Below are positions 62,092 through 64,000 of a stretch of DNA of 64,000 nucleotides, one piece after another; position 1 is the first letter of the stretch, and every line of letters begins with the position of its first letter. Under the pieces are notes generated by a model. That model had not been told where the DNA came from, ran no database searches, and was given only the letters and a program-made list of their open reading frames with translations. A program made the translations under genes and the position numbers. The stretch comes from Ruminococcus sp. (GTDB taxonomy: Bacteria > Bacillota > Clostridia > Oscillospirales > Ruminococcaceae), in contig JALCDN010000001.1 in the NCBI GenBank assembly GCA_022641595.1, positions 9,244 to 73,243 on the forward strand, read 5' to 3'.

Positions 62092-63609
62092 ATGCAAATT
62101 TCTATAAGAAAAACTATTTCTTCTGTTTCCGCTATCCTCATATGTGCAACTTCTGTAGGATTTATTTCATCCTCCGCCGCTTCATACATTATAGGCGACG
62201 CTACTCTCGACGGTGCTGTCAACGCAAGCGATGCCGTTCAGGTTCAACGTTTTATTCTCGGTATGGAAACTCCATCCGACATTCAGTACAAGCTTTCCGA
62301 CGTAAACAAGGACTCTACTGTTGATGTTTCAGATGTTGTCTGCCTCAGAAGATACCTCGCAAATAACGCTAACGCAGGCTATATAGGCTCTCTTTACTCA
62401 GACGGCAGCGACAGCGAAAACTTCATCGCTTCTCCTATCTCTCAACTTAAACCTACTATGCCTTCTCAAGGCACTGTAAAAGTTCCTATATTCTCAATAC
62501 AGTTCCCGGACTGCACTTTCTCTCAGCCTATGTCGGCTGACCAGATAAAAGAATGTACTTTCGGTGCTGAAGACAAGTCATCACCGTTCTATCCGAACGA
62601 AAGTATGACCGCTTATTTTAGCCGTGCTTCTTATGGCGCTCTTAACCTCACAGGCGACGTTTTCACCTATACCGCCAAAGAATCTATATCAAGCTACAGC
62701 AAAGATAAGGACAAACTCGTAAAGGAAGTTCTATCCGCTTTAGACAGCTCCATTGACTTCTCCGTCTACGATGCAAATCATGACGGCAAAATCGATGCCT
62801 CCATTTTCAGCGTCCCTGAAGGCGCAAGCAACGACGACTGGTGGCCTTGCTCAGGCGGTTTCGGCGACCCATCATATACTGTTGACGGCGTTGGTGTAGG
62901 CAATATTATGGTAGGCAACTCTATACCTTCTAACCGCTCAGACTTCAACGGCACCTGGACTCACGAACTCGGTCACGCTATGGGTCTTCCGGATTACTAT
63001 AAATATAACTCAACTAACGATTTCGAGGGCTTCCACGGTGATGCCGGCTACGAACGTATGGACGAGGCTACAGGCGATTTCTCACAGTTCTCAAAGCTTA
63101 TGTTCGGCTGGCTTAAACCAAGTCAGATTCAGGTCTATGACAGCTCTAAAGGCTCAACCACTTTTACCCTTAAATCAGGCTCGGAATCCGGCAACTGCGT
63201 CATTATTCCAAATGGCACTCTCGACAGCAACTATTTATCCGAATACTTTATCATAGAATATGTTACACCGTCTTCAAACTATGACAATAAATGGATTTCA
63301 GACGGTAACAAGGGAATAAGAATCTTCCACGTCGATGCTGACCTCTACACTGACGACTGGGGCGGCAAAACTTTCGCTTACGAAAACTACAGCCCTCTAT
63401 ATACCAAAGGTGACACCGGAAAACGTGTCGTTCGTCTTGTAAACGATGGCAACGGCTTCTTCGGCACAGGCGATATCATTAACTCCTCTACTCAGGGCTT
63501 TGACTGGTATGACTCAAACGGTCAGGAAACCGTAAACCCAAATGTTTCCGTTTCTGTCGGCAACCTTAATAACGGCGAATTTTCTGTTACAGTATCTAAT
63601 GCTAACTGA
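62092..63609 (+). CDS. Secreted N-terminal dockerin + M6 (immune inhibitor A-like) zinc metalloprotease
   Basis: Signal peptide; GDATLDGAVNASD...DVNKDSTVDVSD; YFSRASYG, IDFSVYDANHDGKID, HELGHAMGLPDYY, K..FGW and EYFIIE. Confidence 0.85.
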   Translation: MQISIRKTISSVSAILICATSVGFISSSAASYIIGDATLDGAVNASDAVQVQRFILGMETPSDIQYKLSDVNKDSTVDVSDVVCLRRYLANNANAGYIGSLYSDGSDSENFIASPISQLKPTMPSQGTVKVPIFSIQFPDCTFSQPMSADQIKECTFGAEDKSSPFYPNESMTAYFSRASYGALNLTGDVFTYTAKESISSYSKDKDKLVKEVLSALDSSIDFSVYDANHDGKIDASIFSVPEGASNDDWWPCSGGFGDPSYTVDGVGVGNIMVGNSIPSNRSDFNGTWTHELGHAMGLPDYYKYNSTNDFEGFHGDAGYERMDEATGDFSQFSKLMFGWLKPSQIQVYDSSKGSTTFTLKSGSESGNCVIIPNGTLDSNYLSEYFIIEYVTPSSNYDNKWISDGNKGIRIFHVDADLYTDDWGGKTFAYENYSPLYTKGDTGKRVVRLVNDGNGFFGTGDIINSSTQGFDWYDSNGQETVNPNVSVSVGNLNNGEFSVTVSNAN

Positions 63610-63643
63610 TTCTTACCTAAATTTTTGAAAGGGGTCTGCTTTT

Positions 63644-64000
63644 ATGTCCCACTCCGCTTATTTTAAGGCTTTTGCTGCTCTTTCTTGTGCCGCTCTTTCA
63701 GTCAGTGCGGTTTCAGGTGCTTTCAGCTCTGCCAATTCTTTCGCCGCAGATGACTCGTCTAATAAGAATTATATCCTCGGCGACGCAAGCCTTGACGGTT
63801 CTATTAATGCTACCGATGCTGTGCTTACTCAACAATTTATTCTCGGTTTGCAAACGCCCTCCAATATTCAGTCAAAACTTTCTGATGTCAACCAAAACGG
63901 TTCTACAGAAATTTCCGATGTCGTTGCTTTAAGACGATTCCTTATCAACTCCTCTTCGTCTTCCACAATCGGCTCTCCTTACTCTGATACCTCAACCTCA
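63644..64000 (+). CDS. Secreted N-terminal dockerin protein, paralogous N-terminus, truncated by window edge
   Basis: GAAAGGGG RBS; MSHSAYFKAF...YILGDASLDGSINATDAV...DVNQNGSTEISDVVALRRFLIN...IGSPYSD; open to end. Confidence 0.85.
   Translation, partial: MSHSAYFKAFAALSCAALSVSAVSGAFSSANSFAADDSSNKNYILGDASLDGSINATDAVLTQQFILGLQTPSNIQSKLSDVNQNGSTEISDVVALRRFLINSSSSSTIGSPYSDTSTS

Overview
A gene-dense chromosomal segment from a low-GC Firmicute, most likely a cellulolytic Ruminococcus-like member of the Oscillospiraceae. The basis is cohesin and dockerin modules, GH9/GH26/GH95 enzymes and sigma-A-type promoters. Content is mostly housekeeping: the rlmH end, clpC, truA, ECF transporter, glmM-like, ruvCAB, pheA, split metH, rsmE, three tRNAs, typA, corA, pspA, comF, recR-ybaB-dnaX with ffs, queT, guaB, a vor-type oxidoreductase operon and murT-gatD. 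Cellulosome-type parts are also present. I saw no CRISPR array, prophage, integrase or transposase. The strongest unexplained signals are small or non-coding: (1) a preQ1 class-I riboswitch upstream of queT whose two halves are separated by a ~200-nt stem-closed insertion; (2) a corA leader with a strongly initiated 12-codon uORF (MSADPYGNTKTI), mutually exclusive pairings and a Shine-Dalgarno separated from its ATG by a hairpin; (3) a ~160-bp MITE-like repeat family lying in UTRs; (4) a GatD lacking its catalytic Cys and His; (5) N-terminal versus C-terminal dockerins with swapped repeat order, plus a lipoprotein cohesin; (6) a four-way-junction element and an unannotated 51-aa membrane ORF around pspA. 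All calls come from reading the sequence by eye, reference motifs are recalled from memory, and no searches were run.
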